Below, piece by piece: positions 37,471 to 49,800 of a stretch of DNA of 64,000 bases (positions are counted from its first letter, which is position 1; each line of letters opens with the position of its first letter). The stretch lies in NCBI GenBank assembly GCA_028534125.1, contig CM052838.1, positions 63,798,001-63,862,000 of the forward strand, written 5' to 3'. Source of the stretch: Lama glama (lineage: Eukaryota). The position numbers and the translations under genes were made by a program. The notes under the pieces are model-generated. The model was not told where the DNA came from. It was given only the letters and a program-made list of their open reading frames with translations, and ran no database searches.

Positions 37471-40209
37471 GCCTTGTGGCCAGAAAGAAGGACCTGATTT
37501 GTTTTCATGTATCTTCATTTTATTCAACCTTTTTTTTAAACTAAAAAAAAAAAAGTGTTCATACCTCTGTGTATTTATTTCACTCAGAAAAGTATCAGCA
37601 GTCCTTTTTTTTTTTTTACATGTGTGAGCTTAAGAGACAGTAGTAAATGCAGAACATTTGCTGTCATCACCTGCACTTCATGTTACACTGGATTTTAATA
37701 CAATTTTTTATCCTCATAAAAGGAATTCACGTTTACTGTAGAAAACTCAGAAAATACAGGTAAGAGCAGAAATATTTTAAATAGTTCTGCTGTACCTGTA
37801 TCGATTTTTCTAAAATGAACTTTTGTTTTGGAATAGCATTAGATTTACAGAAAAGCTGCAAAGACGGGGCAGCGCGATTTGCTTTTGGCGGTTGGTTTTT
37901 CTCCCCAAGTGCAGCGCGTTTGCCTGGTTCCAGCTGCGAGCCCTCAGCCCGGTGGCTCGTGCGTAAGGCGTGCTCAAGTGTTTTTTAAGCATTTATTTAC
38001 TAGTATTTGTTCATGGCTCGTCCTTCACTCTCCCTTCTGCTTCTGGGCTCTTGGGCTCTTTGTTCCTTGGTGGGTGATCTCCGAGATCTCCTCCGCGACG
38101 CTCCACCTCTGTGCCTGCCCGTTCCTGACACGCCTGTCCCAGGGGCCTCGGGAAAGGCAGACCTGGTGGATTTTGCCCTTGTTTGAAGCCCTGGGGCTTC
38201 TCAGGGACAAAGCCGGCCTCAAAACTTCCCCTCAGAGCCCCTGGGCCTCGCCACCTGCCTCCCTGGCTCTGCTGCCAGGCTGTTGGCCTCAGCCGCTTTC
38301 CCTCGTGCATCCTCCCCCGCCAGCTACTCATTGTCATTCGGGTCTCTGTGCGGATGGCACTTTCTTCAAACCTGTTCGTGGCTCTCCCGTGGCAGCTGCC
38401 CTCCCTGCCCGGTGGCAGCCTCCCTGTGGGTCCTGCGAGGCTGCCTACTTGGCCCTGGACTTGGCGCTTGGCAGGTGGTGGCTGTGGATATTGCAGAGTC
38501 CACATGAGCAAGTGTCTCCACCAGGCCTTGTTCCCTTCTTAGCTCACTTCCTGGGGTCACCACCGTGGCCTTCTCCAGGCTGGGGGTAGATGAAACTCCG
38601 GGTGGGATTTCATCCTTGGGGCCTGGCAGAGCGTGGGGACGTCGCTGTGGGGGGCATCGGGCAGGCCTGTCACACTCACATGGCTCAGAATTCCATCGGC
38701 TTCTTTGTGCCACGTCGTGCACGGTGGCCCCGTGTGTGTTTGGCATCGTTGCTTTCCAGGCAGTGCCTCCCCCAGCCTGTGCTCAGCCGCCCTCACTCCC
38801 CGACGCACTCGCCTGCCTTGAAGCCTCACTCTTCTGGCTCCCTGGTTGCTAGCCTCTATGGGCCCCTCCTGGCGTCTGTGACACCCCCATCTCGTCTGCA
38901 GCCCGCCCCTTACCTCTCCGCCCGGCCTGCCAGCCCGCGGGACCTGCCATTTCTGGCCGGGCTTCCCGGCAGCACACACCGCCCACCTCCCTCACGGCCC
39001 AGCGTGCCCGGCCTGGGCCCGCGCTGCCCAGCACACAGTAGGCTCAGTGTTCAGCTGGTCTTTACCTTTGCCCATGGAAAGACTCTGTGCTGAGTGTCCT
39101 CGTTGTCCACAGGGAAGAAAGTTGTGCACGGTTTGTGTGGTGTCTCAGATGTCAGCTCTGGCGGGGTTGATAGAAAATTGTGTAAAAATCGCAGCTTTTC
39201 TCTTTTGGCAGAGCGCCCGCTGGTGGAAGAGGGTGCGTTATTTCTGACTAGCGCTGGGGCTGCTAATGGGCTTAAGACCCGGAGGTGCTCGTGAAAGTAC
39301 AGCCCGGCCAGGCAAGGTCCGAAGGAGCCGGGTGTGGGTACCAGGCCTGAGTCTCAGGGGAGGTGGATCAGGGAAACGGAAGTGGGTCTCATCTCTATCC
39401 CATTTAACCAATGAGGAAGTCTAAGCGCCACTTTGTCGGATTTTGCACTAACTGATGACCCACTGGGTGGATGCAGCTGGGACTGACACCTGCCGCTTGT
39501 TCAGGACTCAGATTTTGAACTTGCCAGTTGTTCCCATTAAGGGCAGATTGCCTCTTGCTGGTTCTTGGCATGGTTTAAAGGGGGCCTCCCTCGCTTTGTG
39601 ATTGACTCGGGGTGGCCAAGGCTGGTTCTCAGTGCGATGAGGCAGCCTGTGCTCCGGGTGTGCTTTTAGACGAGGTGGTCCAGGGCCATTGCCCTGTCGC
39701 TGGCCACAGGGCAGCCCGGCGGCTTCAAGCCAAGCTTCTCAGTCTTCTCCGTCCAGTGCGGAGATGCCGGAGCTGAGGCCAGGGCGTGACTTGGTTCAGA
39801 GGCAGCCCTTCCAGCTCAGGCTGTGCCAGGGTTGGCCGGCAGCCCTCCCCCTCATTCCAGGCTGACAGCCTCCAAAGTGCAGGCTGTCCAGGCTGTGCTC
39901 AGAGTCTGGATGCTGGGGTGGCTTGGTGATGTGCAAGGCCTTTCCCCGGAGGAGCGAGGGGGACTGAGCTCTCCAGAGACTCGGTCCTCCCTCCCAGGTG
40001 GGGGGAATCCTCACGCCCCTGCACCCGCAGTCACCTCATCGCCTCATCCCTGGCCTGCTCTGCACACCTGACTGAGTCTGCCCAGCCCTTCCTCGGAGCA
40101 GGAGTGAGGGCTGGGGGTATGCCGTGCAGGACAGAGTTCCTTTGCAGGCTGCAGGGGTGCCTGGCCCACCCGCCCCACTCACGGCCTTTCCTGTGTTCTC
40201 CATCTGGAC

Positions 40210-40300
40210 GCACAGAACAGCCCAGTGAGGTTGGTGGAGTCAGGATTATTATTCCTATTTTATTGATGAGAAACTGAGGCTGGGAAGGGAAGTGGACATC
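40210..40300 (-). mobile_element. MIR SINE fragment
   Basis: attattattcctattttattgatgagaaactgaggct is the antisense MIR core. Confidence 0.75.
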
Positions 40301-41109
40301 TAACATTCCACCTTTCTCCCTGTTGCATGCGTGCCGGTCTGAACCTCTGCAGCAGTGCTGGGGCTATGTCCTTTCACGGGGCTGACGTGGACAAAGCCCT
40401 CCCAGCCGCTGTCCCTTTTCCCAGCTACTCGGCAGCAGCACACACTGGCCTGGCCCCCGTGCCAGCTCTGGGCTCCGGCCTGGGCCTTGAATCCTGGGAC
40501 AAGTGACAGGGAGTCGGGCAGCGGGGACTTGATGGTGGCTGCAGCATCCTGTTTCCAGCGGCCGTGGTGGCCCCAGTGCCCGCTGCGTGCCTACAGTCCC
40601 CAGTTGTCCCACAGGTGTTTCCTGAGGCTGGGTGTGGCTCTGGCTGGACTGTAGCCAGTCCGGGTTCCTACGGTTTTCTGAGCCTGCTTCTCCAGCCTTC
40701 CCAGAAGTTCTGGGAGTTACCTACAGGGCGGCCTTTTGGTAAATTGCTTTTGTGCTTAAATTAGCCAGTATCGGTTTCTGATGCTTGCCATCGGAGTCCT
40801 GCCTGAGACGGGCTCGGGGAGGCCTGAGCCGGGATCTGCCGAGAATCGGCCTTCAGCCGATGGGGAGGCCGCTGGACCTCTTCAGGGCACAGACACGTGC
40901 CTTTCTGTGGGGCTGTCGGGAGGGCAGAGGAGGGGATCGTGTGTGGTATTAGGAGCAGGCGGGAGGCACAGCGGAGGGAAGAGAGCCTGCAGGTGGGGTG
41001 ATGGGGTGTGTTGAGGTTTCACAGTAAAGCAGACAGCAGGCCGAGTGGTGCGGGCTGGACAGTCTAAGTGAGGGGACTCGGATATGGGAACCCGCACAGC
41101 ACGGGAGGA

Positions 41110-41277
41110 GCGCTGAGGACTTAGGGCTGCGGGCCGGCCAGTCCACTCTGCCTCTGGGGTGTGAAGGCAGCACAGCCCGCCTGCCAACAGGGAGCGGGGC
41201 TGCGTCCCAATAAAACTTTATTTACAAAGGCAGCTGCTGGGCTGGGTTTGGCCCGTGGGGGCAGTTTGCTGACTCTG
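41110..41277 (+). mobile_element. MER58A hAT MITE (3' part)
   Basis: gcggggctgcgtcccaataaaactttatttacaaagg...gggctgggtttggcccgtgggggcagtttgctgactctg matches the MER58A end. Confidence 0.85.
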
Positions 41278-42608
41278 CTGTAACCCCTTCATGTAGTTAG
41301 TGGTGATGTGTTGTTCAAGGTGAGGGGTGGTTGGAGTTGGGAGAGCCCCGGTGTGATGGGGGCCCAGGGACGTCCTTTTTGGGGAGGTGGGAGTCGGTGA
41401 GGGTGTCTGGGAGGATCAGGTGGACACGAGAGAGCTGAAAATGAGCAGAGCCAACATGCAGGTGCATGAGGGCCAGGGGTGCATGGCACCAGGGAGTTGG
41501 GGAGCTCCTGGGGTGAAGCCTGGGTTGGGTGGGGGCGGGGTGGATCGCAGTGCCGTTGGCCGAGTGCCATGTACAGGGAAGGACAGTTTTGGACAAGTTC
41601 ACCTGAAGTGCTTCCAGGACAGAGAAGTGGAGACAGCGAGTCCGCAGCCCTCCTTCTTGCCCGGAGCTCAGAGGGAGGCCTGGCGGGGCAGCGAGGGCTG
41701 GGGAGCGCTCAGCCTGTGCTTGGTGGCTGACATCCAGGGTGGCGCTCTGGGAAGTGCTGGCATAGAAGTCCTGCCCGGGAGATGTGCGTCCCCGGGGACG
41801 TTTGTGGGACCCAGGGAGGGTGTTGCGGGGGGAGGAGGCACTCCAGCCCCATTCTGGTCCAGGGAGGCTTCCCCAGAACCCCTCTTCTCGCCTCCCCTCT
41901 GGTCAGAGTGGTTTTTATGAAACGCCAATTTCCCTAAACCTTGGTGCCGGCTTCTTAGGGCTCTTAGCGCCTCCTTTGAAACCTTTGCGATACTGACCGA
42001 AATTAGCACCTGTCAGAGTGGTTAACGTGGAGGATACATCATAGGGTAGTTTTTGTACGTTTCTTTCAGTGTCAATAAAAGATACCTGCTTTCCAAAGCA
42101 TACGCGTTTTAGCCCAACGTCCACGCGCTCCCAACCACTTAACAACGCAGGTCCGCCGTGTTAAGTGCTGAGTTAAATCTACATTTCCATGATTCATAAT
42201 GATTTGTTCTTACATGTACTTTATTCAAAATATCGTGGTTTGTCTTCAGTTTTTGTTGCAAAAATTAATTGTTGATGATTGTTTTACTTTCAGTAGTTTT
42301 AGGTACTGTTTAACGGGACCTCTTATTTCGGCCTTAACTCTGCATTGGTTAAAGATAGGAACAGAGAGAAGCCAAAGGAGTAGAGGAGAGTGGGCTGTTG
42401 GCCGGCTGCCCTGGGTAATTAAGGCAGTTTTCTGTCTTCGAAGTAACTGTATTGTAAAAAGGACACATTATATGATTAAATTCCAAAGTGGGCGGCAGGA
42501 AGCTTTGGAAGAAGTTTTGTGTCTCACATACATGTGTGTCTGTTGTGCTTCACCAGTGACCCAGCTCTTTCAGGTATGTGTGACTTTAAAAATGGTTTTT
42601 CTCTTTAG

Positions 42609-42745
42609 GTCCTTGGGAGGATGGAAAGGACCTGTGAAGTGAAATACAAAGTGATGGACAGCCCTTTGGGGAAGATTGAGCTCTCTGGTTGTGAGCAGGG
42701 TCTGCACGAGATCAGACTGCGCTGCTGGAAGACCCCGGGCACTGA
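42609..42745 (+). other. MGMT: MGMT exon 2 (137 nt: 12 nt 5' leader + 125 nt CDS)
   Basis: Acceptor ggtttttctctttAG|G at 42607-42608 and donor GT at 42746-42747 (GTGAGT). The leader GTCCTTGGGAGG resembles human GTACTTGGAAAA. Confidence 0.95.
42621..42745 (+). CDS. MGMT: MGMT first coding exon (exon 2, coding part; partial CDS, 41 codons + 2 nt, phase-2 end)
   Basis: Translates to [41 protein letters not shown](GA). This matches the human MGMT N-terminus [41 protein letters not shown], with Zn ligands C5, C24 and H29 kept. Strong Kozak context (AGGATGG). 125 coding nt followed by the donor GA|GTGAGT, the same layout as human exon 2. Confidence 0.97.
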
Positions 42746-44483
42746 GTGAGTGAGCGTCCGCGTGACACCCCCCATGTGCCGTTTGTTCAGAGCAGCAGAG
42801 AGGAGTGTGGTTATTGCTCGTTCTCCATCGATCGCGGGGTAACACTACCCATCGCAAAAAGTAGCATCTCTCTAAAGGTGATGGGCCGTGGTTGTTCGTT
42901 TTCAGCTTGCAGCCTGGGAGCCCTCCACCTCCCGTTAACCACGGGGACGGAACCAGTAACTAGTAGCCCAGTACGTGTGAGTGCTGTGTATGTTTCCAGA
43001 GGGGCTGACAGCCTGTGACTGTGAACGCTGTGATTCTTCAGCAAGTGGGATGTGGGGAGCTCACTGAAGTTCGGTGACAGGGAGCTGCTGGCCTGATCTT
43101 GTTTAAATCAGGACCAGGCTTCGCTGGTCCTCGGCCTGCCAGGTGAGTTTTGTACCAAAGCCTGAGAACTGCTTAGTCAGGCGGTCCCGGGCCCCCTTGG
43201 GTTCAGTGTCCGACTGCTGGCGTGTGTGCAGCTGAGGAGGGAGGGCATGAGGTTCCCTTTTCAGCACGAAGGGAGGGTATTGCCGATTCAGACGGAACAC
43301 GTTTCTTTTTTGAACGCTCTCCGCTGTATTTCTTTAATTGCCAAAACAAAATTTGGAAGCACTCCTTAATGTTTTGTCCTGAAATGTGCCATTCAGTTTC
43401 CTCCATTCGTTGATTGTGAGTGGAAGTTGTGTTAAAATTGCAGTCCTTGTTACTTCTGCAGAAGAGGGCGAACCACCCACTCCTCGGCTCAGTGTTTGTC
43501 TTAACTGGCCAATAAGCACGGTGCCAGGAACATTAGATACAGAAAATACATACGAAACATAAAAATTGATTTTAATGGACCCCTGTCAGAGCTGGCCATA
43601 ATGAGCACAAACGCAGTAATAAATACCAGTTTTCGCCTCCTCTGTCGAGATTTTTCCTGTCGAGCTGCATGTTACAATCAATAGTCTTTTTTAAGAGCAA
43701 AAAAAATCAAACCTTTGAACTGTATGAATACACTCTTCTCTATTTCTATGAGAACCAGCTGGCTGCAGTGCTCAGAAAATCACAGGCACCAAATAATTTG
43801 TAGGGAAAATGTCATTTTGTCTTTTAGCATGTTCAGTTGCACAATAAATCACAGAAATTATGTGTTGAATTTTTTTTTTTATAAAGACACTCCTTAAAGT
43901 GAATTTGGGGAAGAGAGGGCTGGGGGGAGAAAACCCGCTTTAAATGCCCACAGTGAATTGAGAACAGAGTGAGGGTGAGGCTCAGCTCTGCTTCTGCTCT
44001 GAGTACTTCCTGCTTCAAGTTAGGATTGGGTTCATCTGTGGAAAACAAGGTCCTCCGGGTAACGGCTTAATACAGTGCAGCTGACTTCTCTGCGGGAGAT
44101 GCGCCTGTGGGTGAGCCGTGAACGTGGGTCTGCTGGTGGCATGGTCACTGAGAGCTTGCCTCCCCCCTATCCGCAGCTTTCATTTCTGCATCTTCAGGCT
44201 GTGGTCCTTGTCCTGAGCCTTCAGGCCCAAATCTGGGGTGCAGGTGGCCACACTCACGTTCCCAGCAGCGGATGGAGGAGAAGGGTCCTCTTACCTCACT
44301 GGCCACACCGTGCTGGACACATGGAGGTTGTCCTGTCCAGAGTCAGGGACTCTGTGTGGAAGGGAGAAGTGGGAAGTGGTTTGGGGGACACCAGCTGTCT
44401 GTTACATATGGTTAATTTTGGGGAGGGAGATTTCAAAGTTAGAGAATAGCATAAAATTATCTCTATGAATACTCAGTTAACAC

Positions 44484-46850
44484 TTTATTTCATTTTTAAA
44501 AAGGTAAAAATTACATGATAAATAAAATGCATAGATTTTTAAGTGCAAAGTTCTGTGGGTTTTGACATATGTGTACAGTGCCCACCAACACAAACCAGGA
44601 TATAAAACCCTCTGGAAAGTTCCGCTGGGCTCCCTTCCTGCCACTCCTCCCTGTTGGCATCCGCTGCTCTGCTTTCTCTCGTATCAGACGGATTTTCCTT
44701 GCTCTTGAACTTCACATAAACGCAGCCTTACGGCACGTGCTCTTTTTGTACTGGGTTCAACAGTGTTTTCGAGGTTTGCCCGTGTTGTTTTGTGTGTCAA
44801 TAAGTAGTTCCTTCTTTGTTATTAAGTATTGGCTTGTGCGAATATACCACAGGTTTGTATTCATTGCCCTGTTGCTGGGTGTTTGCCTTGTCCAGTTTGG
44901 GGCTGCTGTGCCTAAAACTGCTGTGAATAGTCTCGTTCAAGCCCCTTTGTGGACGTGTTTCCACTTCCCACGAGTGCGTCCCTTGCCGTGGACTTGCTGG
45001 ATTGCGTGGCAGATGGTTGTTTAGCCTCGTCAGCTGTTACCAGCACTTGCCCCGGAGCTGACGTTTCACGTTCCCACCCGGAAGGCACGGGGCCTCTCTG
45101 ACTCCGCGCTCTCGCCGTTCTCGGGGGTGCGAAGTGTCCACTCTCGTGGCGGTGGTGGCGGTAACCTGCCCTTTCCTGTTGGCGTACTTTGAACACCGTT
45201 GTCAGTAAGCTTTCATCGTGAGGCAAATCTCTTTCCCGTTTTTACCTGGTGTTTTCTTGGCTCTTGTCGATCTGCAGCTCCGCTTACACGTCACCGATCG
45301 GGTGTAGGAACTGATCGTTTTCTCGCAGTTGGAGGTTTCTGTTTTTATTTTTCTAATAACGGCTTTCAATGAGTAGAAGCCTTTAATTTTGAGGAAAACC
45401 AAAATGTTTTCCTTTCTGTCCAGTATATTTTGTGTATATTATTAAGACTATCAAATATATTAAGAAATATTTGCCTACTGTAATTTCACGAATATGTTCT
45501 TTTATAATTCTCTGAAAAATATTACAATGTTAGCCTTTTGTGTTTAGCCGTGTGTTCCACTGGCTTGAGTGAGATACTCAGGTTTTCCCACAGTTCCTTA
45601 GTTGTTTCAGCCTTACTTGTTGGGGGAGAAAAACGATTCCTTTCCCCGCAGAATCACCTTGGTGCTTTTGTCAGAAATCGTCGGCCATACGTGTGTGGTT
45701 GTATACGTCTGGACACTGTTTTGTTGAACCAATTTTTGTGTCTGTCCTGGGCCAGTACATCACTGACTCGATCATGCAGCTTTGTGGTAAGTCTTGAATT
45801 AAGGTAATGTGAGTCCTCCAACTTCTTTTTTCTTTTTTGCCCAGAAGGTTGTCTTGGTTTCTGGGTCTCAGTTTGCCCTGTTACTTTTAGAATCAAGGTG
45901 TCACTGGCTCCAAAAACGCCTGTTGGGGTTCTGAATGGGAGCCCACTGAATCTGTGTATCAATTTGGGGAGGGTTGCCCCTCGTATTGAAATTTCTGGCT
46001 CATGACTGTGGTTTGTCTCTGCGTTTGTTGAGGTCTCTTTACTTTTTCTCAGTGCTGTTTTGTAGTTTCCAGCTGAAAGATCTTGCATGTCTTTTATAAA
46101 ACCGATTTCTGAATACTGTTTCTGATGGCGTTCTAAATCAGTTTAACTTTTTCTAACCTTTGAACAGTTGCTGCTGGCATGTAACACTTGAGTTGTGCGT
46201 GTTGGTCCCGTTCTGCCATCTCCTTCAATTCACTTCCTAGTCCTAGGGGTTGTTTTGTAGTTTGCTTAGGCGTTTCTCTATGGAAAATCGCGATGTCTGT
46301 GAGTAAGTGCAGTCTGCTTCTCCCCTTCTGACCTTTGTTCCTAATTTCTCTTCCTTTGCTGCACTGGCTAGAAGCTCCAGGATGACACTGAATAGAAGTC
46401 ATGACAGTGGGCGTCCTTCCCTTGTCGCATCCGGGGGAACTGCCACCCTTGTGGACTTTCATGGGCATCCTTCCTCGCACTGAGAATGCTTCCCCAGTCT
46501 GTTGAATTTTGCTAAATGGTTTTTGTACACGTGTCAACATAATGATATTTTTCTCCTTCATTCTTTAAATGCTATGTAAGTTAATTTTAGAATTTTAAAC
46601 CAATCTTGAAATGCTGTACATCACTTAATTCATGGTATCATTTTTTTCCCTTACATATTACTGGTTTGAATTTGCTATTTTGTTTAGGATTTAGAGGTTT
46701 AAGTTCATGAGGGATGTTCATCTGTAATTCTTCTTCTGCTAATGTGTTTGTGAGATTTTGGTGTTGGGGTGGTTCTGACCAAACAAGATGAGTTTAGAAG
46801 TGTTCCCTCTTCTACTGTCCAGAAGAGTCATCTGAGGGAACTTCTTCCTC
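44484..46850 (-). mobile_element. Old L1 (L1MD/ME-like): 3' UTR plus decayed ORF2 RT/C-terminal region
   Basis: Minus-strand ORF pieces FLKIKGFYSLKAVIRKIK, QDLSAGNYKTALR..LPKLIHRF..LILK and KNIIM..QKPFSKIQ match L1 ORF2 (FIKIKNFC, KDLY.ENYKTL, LPK.IYRF, KAFDKIQ). The 3' UTR words lie at 44490-44950. Confidence 0.88.
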
Positions 46851-49800
46851 AAGTTGGATGCCATCTGGGTCTGATAGCAAGGCTTCTGATCAGAACCCCC
46901 GTTGTCTGAGAGACATGCCACCTCACCCTCCTCGGGGGGCTCTCCCTCCACTTGGCTTTTTGCAGGCAAAGCCATGCGTACCCTCCAAGGCCTGCCCACT
47001 GGCTCTGCTGATGTGGAGGACAGGGGCCGAGGGGACCTCACAGCATCCTGAAGGCTCCAGGTGCCCATTGTCACCCTCCTTCCTGAGCCCTGGTGAGTCC
47101 TGGGCTCTTCATTTCCTCCGACACCAGGCTGCTGCTTCTGCAGGTGCATTGGACGTCGGCCCCAACATCTGCAGTGAGATTCCTTTGCACTTCTGTGCAG
47201 GGTATGCCCCCGCTTCCCATGGAGTCCATTTACCCGTGGATGTGGCTTCTGTGGGGAGCACTGACTTCTGTGTGGGCTGTGTTACTCACCTTTCCTAAAA
47301 ATAAAAATGAGTGAAGGATACCAGTTTGGAAAGCATTACAATCGTCTCAGCTTTATGACTTCCGGCCAGTGTCAGGCTTCCATTAACAGCTGTCGTATTG
47401 CAGAGTCGCTGCTTTCACAAGAGTTTGGCTGATTTCTCGCTGCACCATCTTCCTGTGACGACAGCGCTCTGGCCTCATCACTCCCACAAGGTCTGAGTCT
47501 GATGAGAAAGGCAGGAGGACTTATTTGTTTTTCTGATGTTGTCTGGGGCTTGTTTAGTTTCTGTAATGCTGCTGGTTGTATTTGATGATGTGAAAATGGA
47601 CTGTACAACGTGGGCCACGCTTAATGTTACAAAGTAGCGGTCCGACCTCTGGATCTGGGACGCGAGAGAGAACTGTGTGTACTTCACATCTGCTAAAGAG
47701 CTACCTTTGCTTTTCATTTTAAAATTCCTTCTACGTAAAGCTTTATAGAACAGTGCAGAAATGCAAAGTGGGAAAGTTAATAGAGCAGCCACACTAAGCT
47801 ATTGTAAGACTGTCTATATTTAGAAAATTTTAAAATGCCGTTTTCTACTCGATGGGCACGTGTGGTGTCTTAGTGGTTCGGGGGCAGTGTCGTCACTCCT
47901 GCCTCCTGGCACCTTGCCTGGTGCTGAGGCTGGGGAGGGGCACGTGGTCAGGTCTTACCCTCCTCCGATGACTTGGGGGGCTGGCTGCCCAGGGGGACGG
48001 GTGTGGGCCTGGACCCTCTGGGACCTGAGAGAGTGTCCCTGCAGGGCCTCTGTGCTCTCCCTAGGGGCAGAGGGGAGTCACCTGCCTCATTGGACACATG
48101 GCCGATTTTCACCCCTCAGTGTACCAAGGTCATCCCTCCACTGCAAGAGCGCAGATGCCCGGCAGGCCTGTCAGTTTGAGCAGATAGTGAGTGATGGTTT
48201 CCGCTCGCATTTGCTGCTTTCCTGCCCATCGTTAAATATTTCCTGTTACTGAGTGGACATCAGGAGAACATGAGGACGTGCGGGGCCTGTGTGGGTGGCT
48301 GACCCCCATGCTGGCCCGGGCCCGCCGTGTGCTCCCCCGACTCGGTGCCGCTCGGTCTGACCGTTCCCTCTTCTAGATGGCTCCGGAGGGTCCACATGTC
48401 CTGAACCCTTCCCAGGAAGCCCACAAGGTAATTCTTCTCGACAAGTTGGGGAATTTTTATACAGATGCAGGCACTTACTTTGTTATAATCGATCTTTCGA
48501 GGAAGAGAAGGAAGTGTTGTTAAGGATAAACGGTTGAAGAAGTGCCTGTCGGAGAACCTGCGGGCGCCTCACCTGCTCGGGAGCCGTCTCGTCGCAGGTC
48601 TTCAGTGGCTCGAAATGATGACTTGTGTTGCGTGTGCTTAACAATGCAGTTACCTTATACTACAGCGTCTTCCTTAAGGAGGTCTCTTGAGTCAGATAAG
48701 CATGTTTCTGTGGGGAACTCTTGCCCTGCTTTCTGTGGCTTCAGAGAGATCGTGTTTTTTTAGAACAAGAGCGTGGATGCCCTGGTGATTCTGGAAGGCC
48801 CACCCGCCACCAGCAGCTCCTCACCCACATCCGTGGAGCCCACGGTGTTGACGCCTCAGTGCTCCGGTTCCTGGCGCAGGGTGCGTCATCAGCGGGGTGC
48901 ACGGTGGCTCCTGTGGTACCAGCACACGGTGCCTGTTCTCTACTGTCGGGGTCCTTCACGAGTGAGGCAGTGGCGTCCTCTTCCAGGCTGGTGGCTGAAG
49001 AGGCGGGAGGGGAGCCGGGATGTGTCTCGAAAGAGAATCTCGAGGGGGGTTCCCTTGTTCCCAGGACAGGGCAGGTCTGGGGCCCGGGGTGCCGCCTTTG
49101 GACGTCAGTGAGATACAGGGACATGCATGGTAGGCCTTCAGCTAACCTCGGGGTCATGGGGGAGACAGGCCCCCTCCGAGCCCTCTGAGGGGTTGGCTCT
49201 GGGTTGACGCTGTCATTCGTGACTGCAAGGAGGTGGCAGGTAAGGCCCCTCCCGACGGAGCTGCGGGCCTTGCCCTGCACCACGGGAGACAGTCCCAGAA
49301 AGGCGTGGTGCCCCCTCCGTGTGCAGGGTGGTGTCTGGCCGGGACCAGAAGAACTCCCAGTGCCTGGCCACCTCCTCTTATCCTCTCCTCTTGACTTTTT
49401 CCTTTCAAGTTTCTTAGAAACCGGTTCACTGTTTACCTGGGTCAGGGTGGAGCATGGTAGCAAGGCCGTTGGGCAGTTTTAAGTGAGTGTCACTGAGATT
49501 TAAAATTTTCTGGCTCCATCTAAGAAAAAAGAGCAACATGAAAGTTTTATTTCTGTCTGTCTTATTACTGTGTGGCAGCGAGACAGAAATGGCAAGACTC
49601 ACATGCCCGTGTCCGTGAGCTAGAAGCAGGTCGGTTCACTTAATTTTAAGTCTGCCAGGATCCTCTTGGAAGGAAGAAAAGAACAGCTGAATGACAGCTA
49701 CAAATATGTGGGTTCAAAATGTGAACCAGGCTGTCAAAGGATTTTTTTTTTTTTGAAAGTTTCCGACATTTGGAGCGTAAGCACTTTCGAGTAGAGGAGG

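Larger units (their letters stand above)
1..42608 (+). other. MGMT: MGMT intron 1 (3' part; exon 1/promoter not identified in the window)
   Basis: Lies upstream of the exon-2 acceptor. No other recognisable exon or promoter CpG island. Mammalian MGMT has very long introns 1 and 2. Most L1 fossils are antisense, as expected in introns. Confidence 0.8.

Noticed and set aside
45202-47149. Minus-strand ORFs with reverse-transcriptase-like peptides
   Set aside because: They are frameshifted, degenerate L1 ORF2 pieces, not a functional gene or a novel RT system.
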